Assembly: GCA_022451865.1 (NCBI GenBank)
Contig: JAKUNM010000002.1
Coordinates: forward strand, 24,748 to 88,747
Source: Dehalococcoidia bacterium
Lineage (GTDB): Bacteria > Chloroflexota > Dehalococcoidia > UBA2979
Length of the DNA: 64,000 bases
Direction of reading: 5' to 3'
Shown: piece by piece, positions 20,422 through 29,521 of the stretch
Position numbering within the stretch: position 1 is the stretch's first letter
How the letters are laid out: the number at the start of each line of letters is the position of its first letter
The notes under the pieces: model-generated
Database searches by the model: none
Told to the model about the DNA's origin: nothing
The model's input: the letters and a program-made list of their open reading frames with translations, nothing else
Position numbers and translations under genes: made by a program

Positions 20422-22313
20422 TGCTAGAAGAAAATTACTTTATAAAATCGAAAACAGTACTCATAATTCTTCTGATTACTCTAGTGGCATTTATTTTAAG
20501 AATTATAGATCTTGATGTTCGCGCTATTCATCATGATGAATCTTTACATGCATTATATTCGTGGGTGTTTATGAAAGAAATGACATATATTCACGATCCC
20601 ATGACTCATGGACCATTTCAGTTTCACATCATTGCTTTATTTTATCGATTTTTTGGTGATTCGGATTTTGTAACACGTTTACCTTCAGCTGTATTCGGAA
20701 CTTCTCTTGTAATTACTCCATTGTTTTTCAGGAGATGGCTAGGTAATTCTGGAATGATCCTTGCATCATTATTTTTCGCACTTTCACCATCACTTGTTTA
20801 TTATTCTCGCTTTGCAAGGAATGATGTATTCATTGCTTTATGGACAGTACTAATTATATGTTCCATTTTACGCTATCGTGAGAAGAGAAATTTTGTTTGG
20901 TTGTTAGCTTTATCAGCTGTATTAGCTTTGTCATTTACAACGAAAGAAACTACGTTTCTAACAGCAGCTATAATTTTACTCTATCTGAATTTCTTACTTG
21001 CTTACAGGTTAATTTTCGTTCATTCAGAGTACTCATTACGCCCACCTTTGAAGTTAATTTATTTACTAATACTTTTCCCTTTTCTGTGGGTTACTACTTT
21101 GCTAATGCCAATAAAACGATTTAAATTACGCGTTTTATTAAACGATCCGGATTACGATCTTTTTGTCATCTTAGGTACTCTTACTGCAACTCAGTTGGCT
21201 GCTGCAGTAACAATCCCAATTGCATGGTTATCGATTACAATCTCCGATGAATCTATGGGATTTATTAAATTTTCTGTAATTACAATTCTTCTTCTCGGGG
21301 TTTTATGTGTTGGACTTTATTGGAACTATCGTAGATGGCTAATATGTTTTGCTGTCTTTAGCGCTATATATTTCCTTTTGTTTACTTCTTTGTTTACAAA
21401 CTTAAGCGGATTCGATTCAGGTATCTGGGGATCGTTAGATTATTGGATTGATCAACAAGATGTTCAACGAGGTGAACAACCTTGGTTTTATTATATTGTA
21501 ATGCTACCGATATATGAGCTATTCCTTATTATTATAGGCTTTTGTGGGGCTGTATATTTTTTATTGAAGAAAGATCAAAATTCAATTTTTCTGACATGGT
21601 GGTTTTTGGGTACTTTTATTAGCCTTTCCTTAGCTGGAGAAAAAATGCCATGGTTGCTAGTACATTTGACAGTTCCGCTAGTGTTCCTTACAGCTAAATT
21701 ACTGGGGAATATGTTAGATAATAATGTATATTTATCTCGTGCATCCTATACTATTCGAACTATCACTAAATTGTTCACCCCTGTTTTTCTAGTCGCTATA
21801 ACACTTATATTTATGCTTGTTGTAAGTCTGAGAGTTAATTTCTCTAATGCAAGTATTCCAACTGAGCCATTAATTTATACTCAAACCTCTCCAGATCTTA
21901 AGCTTGTACTTGATGAAATTGAAATAATACATTCAAAAAAAGAAACTCCAATTTATATTGAAACTGCAGCAGCACTTTCATGGCCTTGGGCATGGTATTT
22001 GCGTGATTATAATGTAAAGTACGTGACAGGAGATTATTTCTCGCTAATCGATTTTTCAGCACGGCCTATTTTGATTACTAATAAAGCTTCAGTGCCTGGA
22101 AGTATGTTTGAGACCTTGCAATATGCAAGGCGTGTTCAATATCGTCATCGCTCTTGGTTTGATGAATCTAGCTATAGATCTATTACCTTTCATTCATTAA
22201 GAGAGAAAACGTTTGATGGTAGTTTAATAATTGATGGAGTTAGTTTCTTGATATATCAAGCAGATGAATCTTCAGTAGGTTCACTCTATGGTGAGGCATA
22301 CTTACCACGATAG
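20418..22313 (+). CDS. Polytopic membrane protein, TIGR03663-like / PMT-ArnT-like GT-C glycosyltransferase
   Basis: 631 aa. The N-terminal invariant-type DE (IHHDESLH) and HGP (MTHGPFQF) are followed by YYSRFARND. The start overlaps the upstream stop (GTGATG). Confidence 0.65.
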   Translation: MMLEENYFIKSKTVLIILLITLVAFILRIIDLDVRAIHHDESLHALYSWVFMKEMTYIHDPMTHGPFQFHIIALFYRFFGDSDFVTRLPSAVFGTSLVITPLFFRRWLGNSGMILASLFFALSPSLVYYSRFARNDVFIALWTVLIICSILRYREKRNFVWLLALSAVLALSFTTKETTFLTAAIILLYLNFLLAYRLIFVHSEYSLRPPLKLIYLLILFPFLWVTTLLMPIKRFKLRVLLNDPDYDLFVILGTLTATQLAAAVTIPIAWLSITISDESMGFIKFSVITILLLGVLCVGLYWNYRRWLICFAVFSAIYFLLFTSLFTNLSGFDSGIWGSLDYWIDQQDVQRGEQPWFYYIVMLPIYELFLIIIGFCGAVYFLLKKDQNSIFLTWWFLGTFISLSLAGEKMPWLLVHLTVPLVFLTAKLLGNMLDNNVYLSRASYTIRTITKLFTPVFLVAITLIFMLVVSLRVNFSNASIPTEPLIYTQTSPDLKLVLDEIEIIHSKKETPIYIETAAALSWPWAWYLRDYNVKYVTGDYFSLIDFSARPILITNKASVPGSMFETLQYARRVQYRHRSWFDESSYRSITFHSLREKTFDGSLIIDGVSFLIYQADESSVGSLYGEAYLPR

Positions 22314-22330
22314 TCTTAGATAGGTTTGTT

Positions 22331-23335
22331 ATGGGAAATAAAGTGCGATTTTTATCAGGTATCATAGTTAGTACTTTTTTTTTAATTTTATTACTACGAG
22401 ACATTAATTTTATTCAGTTGCGTGAAACAGTTAGTTCTATTCAAATTTCGTGGATATTGGTAGCAATAGTGCCATATACGCTTGCTTTGATTTTGCGTTC
22501 TTTAAGATGGTCCTCACTATTGAAAAACTCTATCAATATTTCTAATTCTGAATCGATGTCAATTATATTGATTGGTTATGCTGCTAATAATTTGTTGCCC
22601 ATTCGCCTTGGTGAAATTTTACGTGCACTGATAATAGAGAAGCGTTATGCCTCTCCCAAAATGCAAGTCATGGGAACTATTGTAATTGAACGTTTATTTG
22701 ATGGATTAGTATTGGCAATTTTTCTCATGATTATTATTGCTACGCTTGGCAATAGTTCGATATTACAGCCACTGGCAATTATTGCCGGTATTGGTTTTAC
22801 GATAGGTATAATTTTTATTGCATTTTTAGCGATTAAAGCTGATCTTATTCGGGGAAAAATGCATATTTTGTTGTCGTTCACTCCGAATAAATTTCGACCT
22901 CATTTACGACAATGGTTAAGTAATTTTATTACTGGGTTATTAGCTTTACGAAAACTGAGAGGTTTTACGAGCGTACTTGCAATGTCTTTTATATCGTGGA
23001 CCTTAGAAGCAGTCGCTTTTTGGTTTGTTGGTTTGTCGTTTGGTTTATCTATTCATCCTCTAACATATTTAGGTGTGGTAAGCGCTGCGAATTTAGCTAT
23101 GATCGCTCCTAGTACTTCTGGCGGAGTAGGTCCATTTGAATTTTTTGGAAGCGAAATGCTTATCTTATTAGGGGTTGGCAGTTCTGTAGCAGTTGCGTTT
23201 ATTATAACCGTACATGTATTTGTACTACTTCCAGTGACCCTTATAGGGATAATTTTGTTTTGGCGTTTGGAAACGTCATTACAAATGTTTGGTTCATCAA
23301 AATGGGATTTTTTAAAGAATGGACGTAGGAATTAA
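22331..23335 (+). CDS. Flippase-like membrane protein (UPF0104 / lysylphosphatidylglycerol-synthase TM-region family)
   Basis: 334 aa and polytopic. The family motif is AANNLLPIRLGEILRA. Confidence 0.75.
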   Translation: MGNKVRFLSGIIVSTFFLILLLRDINFIQLRETVSSIQISWILVAIVPYTLALILRSLRWSSLLKNSINISNSESMSIILIGYAANNLLPIRLGEILRALIIEKRYASPKMQVMGTIVIERLFDGLVLAIFLMIIIATLGNSSILQPLAIIAGIGFTIGIIFIAFLAIKADLIRGKMHILLSFTPNKFRPHLRQWLSNFITGLLALRKLRGFTSVLAMSFISWTLEAVAFWFVGLSFGLSIHPLTYLGVVSAANLAMIAPSTSGGVGPFEFFGSEMLILLGVGSSVAVAFIITVHVFVLLPVTLIGIILFWRLETSLQMFGSSKWDFLKNGRRN

Positions 23336-24672
23336 TGAAAGCAGTGATCATAGGTGGTGGAGTTGCTGGACTCGCTGCTGGTTATGAGTTAGTAAAATCT
23401 AATCATAAAGTCGTTATTATTGAAGCTGGGCCAATATTAGGTGGACAAGTTCGTACTTTTGAGATTGGTGGTCAGCAAATTGAAAGCTTCTACCACCATC
23501 TTTTTAGGTCAGATGTCACAATCATTGAATTAATTAACGAATTGGGTTTAGGCGATGATCTTATTTGGCATGATTCTAGTACTGCAATAAATACAGATAA
23601 TAAAATTTATCCCTTTGCTAGCCCCTTTGACTTATTAAAGTTTGATCAAGTTTCATTTATTACTAGACTCAGATTGGGTTTTGCAGCTTTATGGTTACGC
23701 AAAAATTCTAATTGGCAAAAATATGAAGGTATTAAGGCACAGGATTGGATTATTTCAAAAGTAGGACATGATGGCTATGAAAAGGTATGGGAGCCATTGC
23801 TAAGTGCAAAATTTGGTGAACATGCATCTGATGTGTCGATGGCTTGGTTTTGGGGGAAGGTATATTTACGTTTTGCCTCTAGGGACTCAGGTATTTTTGG
23901 AGGAGAACAACTAGGTTATTTAAGAGGATCTTTTGGTCGGTTAGTTAATACACTTGCTAATGAAATTATTTCTTTAGGTGGAGAGATAAAAACATCTATG
24001 CCTGCTGATGATATTTTGATTGATAATGGAAAAGTTTCTGGAGTAAATGTTCTGGAAGAAAATAAATTAGTAAAGATTTCTGCTGATGCCGTGATTGCAA
24101 CTATTCCGTCAGGGATTTTCGCAAAACTTGCACCTGAAATTGCCTCATTGGATCAAGAGTATTTTGAAAAGTTAACTCGAGTGAAATATCAGTGGGCTAG
24201 TGTTTTAGTCCTCGTATTGGATAGACCATTATCTGAATATTATTGGATGACAATGACTGACAAAGACTGTCCTTTTGTAGTTACTGTTGAACATACAAAT
24301 TTTGTTTCTAACCAAGAGTACGACGGCAAATATATAGTATATTTTTCAAACTATACTAATCCTCAAGATCCAATTTTAGATTTTTCACCTGAGAAACTTT
24401 TAGAGACATACATTCCATATATAAAAAGGATCAATGCAAAATTTACGAACTCTTGGATTCTAGAAAAATGGCTTTTTGTAGATCGTGCAGGACAACCAAT
24501 TGTCCATTCTTTATACCATAAAGATATTGTTCCTCATCAAAGTCCAATACAAGGACTATATCTTGCAAATACTACTCAAATATATCCCGAAGACCGTGGA
24601 CAAAACTATTCAATACGTATGGGACAACGGGTCGCTGAATTGATAAATCAACAGGTAAATATTCTTGAATAG
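23335..24672 (+). CDS. FAD/NAD(P)-binding oxidoreductase (CrtI/HemY amine-oxidase-like superfamily)
   Basis: N-terminal dinucleotide fold VIIGGGVAGLAAGYEL...IIEAGPILGG. 445 aa. The ATG overlaps the upstream TAA. Confidence 0.7.
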   Translation: MKAVIIGGGVAGLAAGYELVKSNHKVVIIEAGPILGGQVRTFEIGGQQIESFYHHLFRSDVTIIELINELGLGDDLIWHDSSTAINTDNKIYPFASPFDLLKFDQVSFITRLRLGFAALWLRKNSNWQKYEGIKAQDWIISKVGHDGYEKVWEPLLSAKFGEHASDVSMAWFWGKVYLRFASRDSGIFGGEQLGYLRGSFGRLVNTLANEIISLGGEIKTSMPADDILIDNGKVSGVNVLEENKLVKISADAVIATIPSGIFAKLAPEIASLDQEYFEKLTRVKYQWASVLVLVLDRPLSEYYWMTMTDKDCPFVVTVEHTNFVSNQEYDGKYIVYFSNYTNPQDPILDFSPEKLLETYIPYIKRINAKFTNSWILEKWLFVDRAGQPIVHSLYHKDIVPHQSPIQGLYLANTTQIYPEDRGQNYSIRMGQRVAELINQQVNILE

Positions 24673-24752
24673 ATCGGTATGAATGTTTATATTTCGAAGT
24701 AGCTGGGTACATATTAGATGACGCTAAATTTCTATTGCAGTAGGGTGGTCAC

Positions 24753-25280
24753 ATGCCTTTAGAGACAGAAGCACGAGCGGAAATTCGATCACTAATATCT
24801 GACCTAAAGCCAGATGATGGTAAATTGCTTGATGCTCTTCATCGAGTTCAACACCGATATGGTTATTTGTCGGATGAGGCGCTTGAAGTAATAGCTGAAC
24901 ATCTAAAAATGTTTCCATCTCATGTATACGGCGCTGCATCATTTTATGATGAATATCGATTCGATCCTCCTGCAGCAACTACTGTTCGTTGGTGTTCTGG
25001 TCCAGCGTGTCGATTAGAAAATTCTAATGGTATTCGTGATGCGATGTTGGCTGTTTTCAAACTCAAAGAGCTTGGTGATAGAACTGATGATAATCAGGTT
25101 GAGATAATTAATGGTCAATGTAATGGTGCCTGTGAACTTGCTCCACTTATTTGGATTGAAAAACAGATCGAACATAAACGAGATGTCGTTGGTAAATTAT
25201 CGGTAGCTAGAGCTATTGAGTTGGCTCGTACTATAAGTAATGGCGAATATGTTGAGGAAGGAAACGAAACTGCATTCTGA
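24753..25280 (+). CDS. NuoE-like [2Fe-2S] thioredoxin-fold subunit (24-kDa type)
   Basis: LLDALHRVQHRYGYLSDEAL...VYGAASFYDEY, with Cys ligands in CSGPAC and CNGACELAP. Confidence 0.8.
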   Translation: MPLETEARAEIRSLISDLKPDDGKLLDALHRVQHRYGYLSDEALEVIAEHLKMFPSHVYGAASFYDEYRFDPPAATTVRWCSGPACRLENSNGIRDAMLAVFKLKELGDRTDDNQVEIINGQCNGACELAPLIWIEKQIEHKRDVVGKLSVARAIELARTISNGEYVEEGNETAF

Positions 25281-27177
25281 GATACTTAATATTGAAAATT
25301 CCTATACCAGTATTAAGGAAAATGCTGATCTAGCCTATAGAGAATGGTGCAATCCTATTCGTCCACGTATTGATGTGGCGATAGACACATCTTCAATGGC
25401 TAATGGAGCTTTAGAGATTAAGCGTGAATTAATCAAACTTGTAACTGAACGCAATGCAGCTTTGGATGTCAGTCAAAACCATGGATATGGAATGCAGTGG
25501 CTAAATCCTTTGGTCACTATTACCTGGCCCGATGGTACAAGTATTGTTTATGGCCCAGTAAAACTAGGCAATATTACCGATATTATTGATGAAGCTATCG
25601 ATCGATCAGGTGCTGCATTGCATCTAGGCATTGGTTTGTTATCAGGTGAACATTCTTCTCTGATAAATTTACGAGAGCATCCATTTTTTAAGAATGAACC
25701 TGATGAACGACGCTTAATTAAAAGAATTGGTTTTACAAATCCTGACTCTATTGAACATTATATTGGAACGCGTGGATGGTCTTCGTTTGCACGAATTCTA
25801 TATCGTGGTATGACTCCAGATGATGTGAGGCAAGAGTTACTTGATGGTGGTTTAGGTGGTAGAGGTGGCGGAGGATTTCCTGCTGGGATGAAATGGAATT
25901 TCTTAGCTGGTGCTTCTGATTCTGAACATTATATGGTTTGCAATGCTGACGAAGGAGACCCTGGGGCATGGGTTAATAGAGTTATTCTAGAAGGTGACCC
26001 TCATTTATTGATTGAAGGTATGGCTATCGCAGCATATGCCACTGGCTCACAGCGAGGTTTCATTTATATACGTGATGAATATCCACTTGGTGTAGAACGA
26101 GTAAAAAATGCTATTAAGCAAGCGGAAGAAAAAGGATTACTTGGTAATAATATTTTGGGAAGTCAATTCTCATTCCAATTAGAAGTAGTCCGCGGAGCAG
26201 GTTCTTATGTTTGTGGAGAAGAAACAGGTCTTCTTTCATCTATTCAAGGACAACGCGGTCAACCACGTATCCGACCTCCTTTTCCTGCTCAAGCTGGAGT
26301 ATTCATGAAGCCTTCTAATGTGAATAATGTTGAAACATTCTCACATGTACCCTTAGTGCTTCAAAATGGAAGTTCTTGGTATAAAGAATATGGTACGGAA
26401 GCTATGCGTGGGACTAGGTTATTTTCATTCTCTGGTGATATACCTTACACAGGCTTTATGGAATTACCTTTTGGGACTCCTATGAAAGATGTTTTAGAGT
26501 CTTGCGGTAATATTAATCCAGGTGAAAAGCTTGTCGCTATTCAATCTGGAGGCCCTTTGGGTAGTTTAGTCCCGGCATCAGCTCTTCCTACATTAACTTT
26601 AGAAAATGCTTCCTTTGTTCCTTATGATGCCATGATGGGTTCAGGTGGTATTGTTTGGGTATCTGATAGAACTCACTTAATTATCCTTAATGAATATATT
26701 TCTGATTTTGTTGAAGAAGAATCTTGTGGTCGTTGCACAACGTGCCATGGAGGTAATCAACGTATGACTGAAATTTTCCGTAGAATCATGGCAGGTAATG
26801 GACGACGAGAAGATGAATTTAATCTCAAGATGATTGATGACACTTTACAACACTCGAATTGTGTCCATGGTCAATTTAGTCCTAAGCCAATGCGTAATCT
26901 TTTGCAACATTTTAGGCACGAATATGATGCTTTAGTGGTTGATCGAAAAGATTCTACTTTGACAATTCCCGCTATGACTCAATTCCGTGTAACTAATACT
27001 GCCGATAGACGAATTGAAGATGCTGTAGCTATATGTCCAGTCAATGCATTTAAAGGTGAAGTAGGTAATCGTTCTATAGATGATGAAGCTTGTATTCGAT
27101 GTGGTGCATGTACTGAAATTGCACCAAATGCGGTCGTTCGTGAAGCACGTGCAGATATTTCTCAATCAATAATTTAA
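25240..27177 (+). CDS. NuoF-like NADH-binding FMN/[4Fe-4S] subunit (51-kDa type) with N-terminal Trx-like extension and C-terminal ferredoxin-like tail
   Basis: GLGGRGGGGFPAGMKW, CNADEGDPGA, GAGSYVCGEETGL and ESCGRCTTC are present. The C-terminal tail has ICPVNAF and CIRCGACTEIAP. The start is uncertain; it overlaps nuoE-like by 32-41 nt. Confidence 0.85.
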   Translation: MANMLRKETKLHSEILNIENSYTSIKENADLAYREWCNPIRPRIDVAIDTSSMANGALEIKRELIKLVTERNAALDVSQNHGYGMQWLNPLVTITWPDGTSIVYGPVKLGNITDIIDEAIDRSGAALHLGIGLLSGEHSSLINLREHPFFKNEPDERRLIKRIGFTNPDSIEHYIGTRGWSSFARILYRGMTPDDVRQELLDGGLGGRGGGGFPAGMKWNFLAGASDSEHYMVCNADEGDPGAWVNRVILEGDPHLLIEGMAIAAYATGSQRGFIYIRDEYPLGVERVKNAIKQAEEKGLLGNNILGSQFSFQLEVVRGAGSYVCGEETGLLSSIQGQRGQPRIRPPFPAQAGVFMKPSNVNNVETFSHVPLVLQNGSSWYKEYGTEAMRGTRLFSFSGDIPYTGFMELPFGTPMKDVLESCGNINPGEKLVAIQSGGPLGSLVPASALPTLTLENASFVPYDAMMGSGGIVWVSDRTHLIILNEYISDFVEEESCGRCTTCHGGNQRMTEIFRRIMAGNGRREDEFNLKMIDDTLQHSNCVHGQFSPKPMRNLLQHFRHEYDALVVDRKDSTLTIPAMTQFRVTNTADRRIEDAVAICPVNAFKGEVGNRSIDDEACIRCGACTEIAPNAVVREARADISQSII

Positions 27178-27194
27178 GTAAAAAAAACTTATTC

Positions 27195-27268
<74 letters not shown>

Positions 27269-27494
27269 GATCACGAGAATTGATTGTGCATCGACCTAAG
27301 TTATGAAACAAGCAAATCTCAAAGATATTATGTGTAAATTTTGTGCAATATTAAGAATTGATCTCATATTTTTCATATTTTATCTATATATCTTGCACAA
27401 AAATACACTTTTCAGAGCTATTTGTGCCCCGTCTTCTTTGTATTTTTATGTCAAAATGTGGATAGTAAAATAAGCTTATGTAATAAGAATTTTG

Positions 27495-27569
27495 TGGAGC
27501 GGGAGAAGGGATTCGAACCCTCGACATCAACCTTGGCAAGGTTGCGCTCTACCCCTGAGCTACTCCCGC
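27495..27569 (-). tRNA. tRNA-Gly (GCC)
   Basis: The reverse complement GCGGGAGTAGCTCAGGGGTAGAGC...CTTGCCAAG...GGTTCGAATCCC...CTCCCGCTCCA has the anticodon GCC. Confidence 0.92.
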
Positions 27570-27621
27570 ATTATGTCGTACTTACTTATACAATACACCG
27601 GCATTATTTCCAACTAAGTGT

Positions 27622-27708
27622 TGGTGCCCAGGATGAGATTCGAACTCATACGCCCTAATGGGCACTGCCCCCTCAAGACAGCGTGTCTGCCAATTCCACC
27701 ACCTGGGC
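27622..27708 (-). tRNA. tRNA-Leu (GAG), long variable arm
   Basis: The reverse complement GCCCAGGTGGTGGAATTGGCAGACA...CTTGAGG...GTTCGAATCTCATCCTGGGCACCA is 87 nt long. Confidence 0.9.
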
Positions 27709-27711
27709 ATG

Positions 27712-27787
27712 TGGCAGGAGTGGAGGGATTCGAACCCCCGGCCCTCGGTTTTGGAGACCGATGCTCTGCCAGCTGAGCTACACTCCT
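27712..27787 (-). tRNA. tRNA-Trp (CCA)
   Basis: The reverse complement is AGGAGTGTAGCTCAGCTGGCAGAGC...GGTCTCCAAAACC...GGTTCGAATCCCTCCACTCCTGCCA. Confidence 0.92.
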
Positions 27788-27836
27788 TCGGCAAACTAGT
27801 TTAGCAATCAAAACGGACAGATCAATCGAGATTATC

Positions 27837-28568
27837 TTAATCTTGTAATTTATTTATATTGTGACGTATTTTTAGAAGTTCTGAAATTACATTAATTAAT
27901 ATTTTTGGGCCTAATGCTACCTTGGAATCATCCACATGTTGCCAAATTATGGGCAACTCAATAATTTTAAAATTATTTTTTTCTGCTAGAGCCAGTAGTT
28001 CGACATCTATAGACCATCGTCGAATAACTAGATTAGGGAAAATGACAGTTGCTGCTTCTTTTGTAAAAAGCTTAAAGGGGCACTGGGTATCTTTGTAAGG
28101 TATTCCTACAATTAATCTTTGTAATAGCGAAAAAAGTTTCCCTGCATATCTTCGTCTCAATGGTTGTGTTTTTCTGAGATCTATACCTTGTGGTGTTACA
28201 CGAGTTCCAACCACTACGTCAGCATCGTTTTCAAGCATTGTAATTGCATGTGGTATGGAGTCTATTGACGCAGAAAGATCTGCATCAAAACAACCTATAT
28301 ATTCGCCAGTTGCACGCATTACACCCTCACGTAAGGCTCCACCTTTTCCTTGGTTAGTCTCTAGTTGGATTAGTTTTATGATGTTTGATGAATGTGATTT
28401 AGTTAGAACAATCTTTGATGTTTTGTCTATACTTCCATCATCGACGATTAATATTTCTTTAATTTTTAATTCATTTTTTTCATTTAGAAGCGTATCTATA
28501 GTTTTTTCGATACGTTTTTCCTCATTATATGCAGGGATTACGATTGATAAAGTCGGTAAGTTTTTCAC
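27837..28568 (-). CDS. Family-2 glycosyltransferase, polyprenol/dolichol-phosphate hexose synthase-like
   Basis: LSIVIPAYNEE, ILIVDDGSIDKT and the DxD motif in CFDADLS are present. The 243-aa length is typical of DPM1/GtrB-like enzymes. Confidence 0.8.
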   Translation of the reverse strand: MKNLPTLSIVIPAYNEEKRIEKTIDTLLNEKNELKIKEILIVDDGSIDKTSKIVLTKSHSSNIIKLIQLETNQGKGGALREGVMRATGEYIGCFDADLSASIDSIPHAITMLENDADVVVGTRVTPQGIDLRKTQPLRRRYAGKLFSLLQRLIVGIPYKDTQCPFKLFTKEAATVIFPNLVIRRWSIDVELLALAEKNNFKIIELPIIWQHVDDSKVALGPKILINVISELLKIRHNINKLQD

Positions 28569-28588
28569 TGAAAATCAAATTTTAGTTA

Positions 28589-29485
28589 TCAATCGGTTTC
28601 TCGTTGATCTTTAAGGAATTGTTCGAGATCTCCCAGTAAATCTTGAGCATCAGGGAGTTCAATCTTTGTATTCCCGTCTGGTGATGGAAGTGGAGGACGA
28701 CTACTATCAAATTGTTGTTCTAAATGTCGTACATAGTCTCCTGCTTCTTCAGATGCTGAAAGGACGGAGAGAATTTGTTCCTCAAATCTTTCTGATTCCT
28801 CTCTTAAAGATGTTATGTCAGTATTAGTGCCAAAACTTCGATCGATTAGTTCAATTAATGTAATTGCGACGTTCGGATTTGGTCCAGCATTAATATAATG
28901 TGGGACCATTGCCCATAAAGACGCATTCAACCACCCTTTTGCTCGAAGTGCTAAATTTAGGACTGCAACTATTCCAGTTTGTCCTTGATATCGCGATGAT
29001 GGACTTTTTAATCCAAAAAGAGTTTCGAATGAAGGATCAGAGGCTGAGAGTGATAAAGGCATAGGTCGTGTGTGAGGAACTCCTGAAGGTTGTGCACCAA
29101 GTGTGACACTCATTGATGAACCTAATTCTTCAACAAAATCTACAATTAAAGATGAAAATTGCCTCCATCTTAAGTGAGGTTCCACACCTGAGAGAAGAAT
29201 GAAATCTCTTTCAGAACCTTGAGGTCGTGCAATATAAAATTTATTTTCTGGCCAATTAATTACCCTGTTGCCATCTTCAAAACCTACTCTTGGTCGTTGT
29301 ACTGTAAAGTCAAAAAAGTGCTCCGAATCGATCTCTGCAATTAACTGTGCATTCCATACGTCAATAAGGTGGTCTATTGCAGTGGTTGCAGCACCGGTTG
29401 AATCAGTAAAACCACTTAGTGAACCTATAAATAAAGGATTTTCAAGTTTTTTTATTTCTCCCAAACGTTTAAGTGCATCGTTCAT
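28589..29485 (-). CDS. PAC2 (proteasome assembly chaperone 2-like) family protein, copy 1
   Basis: The pattern SGFTDSTGAATTA...DFILLSGVEPHLRW...YQGQTGIVAVLN...ASLWAMVPHY matches bacterial PAC2 family organisation. It is a paralog of 58280-59194. Confidence 0.7.
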   Translation of the reverse strand: MNDALKRLGEIKKLENPLFIGSLSGFTDSTGAATTAIDHLIDVWNAQLIAEIDSEHFFDFTVQRPRVGFEDGNRVINWPENKFYIARPQGSERDFILLSGVEPHLRWRQFSSLIVDFVEELGSSMSVTLGAQPSGVPHTRPMPLSLSASDPSFETLFGLKSPSSRYQGQTGIVAVLNLALRAKGWLNASLWAMVPHYINAGPNPNVAITLIELIDRSFGTNTDITSLREESERFEEQILSVLSASEEAGDYVRHLEQQFDSSRPPLPSPDGNTKIELPDAQDLLGDLEQFLKDQRETD

Positions 29486-29521
29486 TGCATATTCACTTTC
29501 GTAGAACTCTATTACTCTTCA

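Noticed and set aside
27422-27811. Track ORFs 27422-27658 (+), 27582-27794 (-) and 27614-27811 (-)
   Set aside because: They run straight through the tRNA-Gly, tRNA-Leu and tRNA-Trp genes. Their apparent coding potential comes from GC-rich tRNA sequence in an AT-rich genome.
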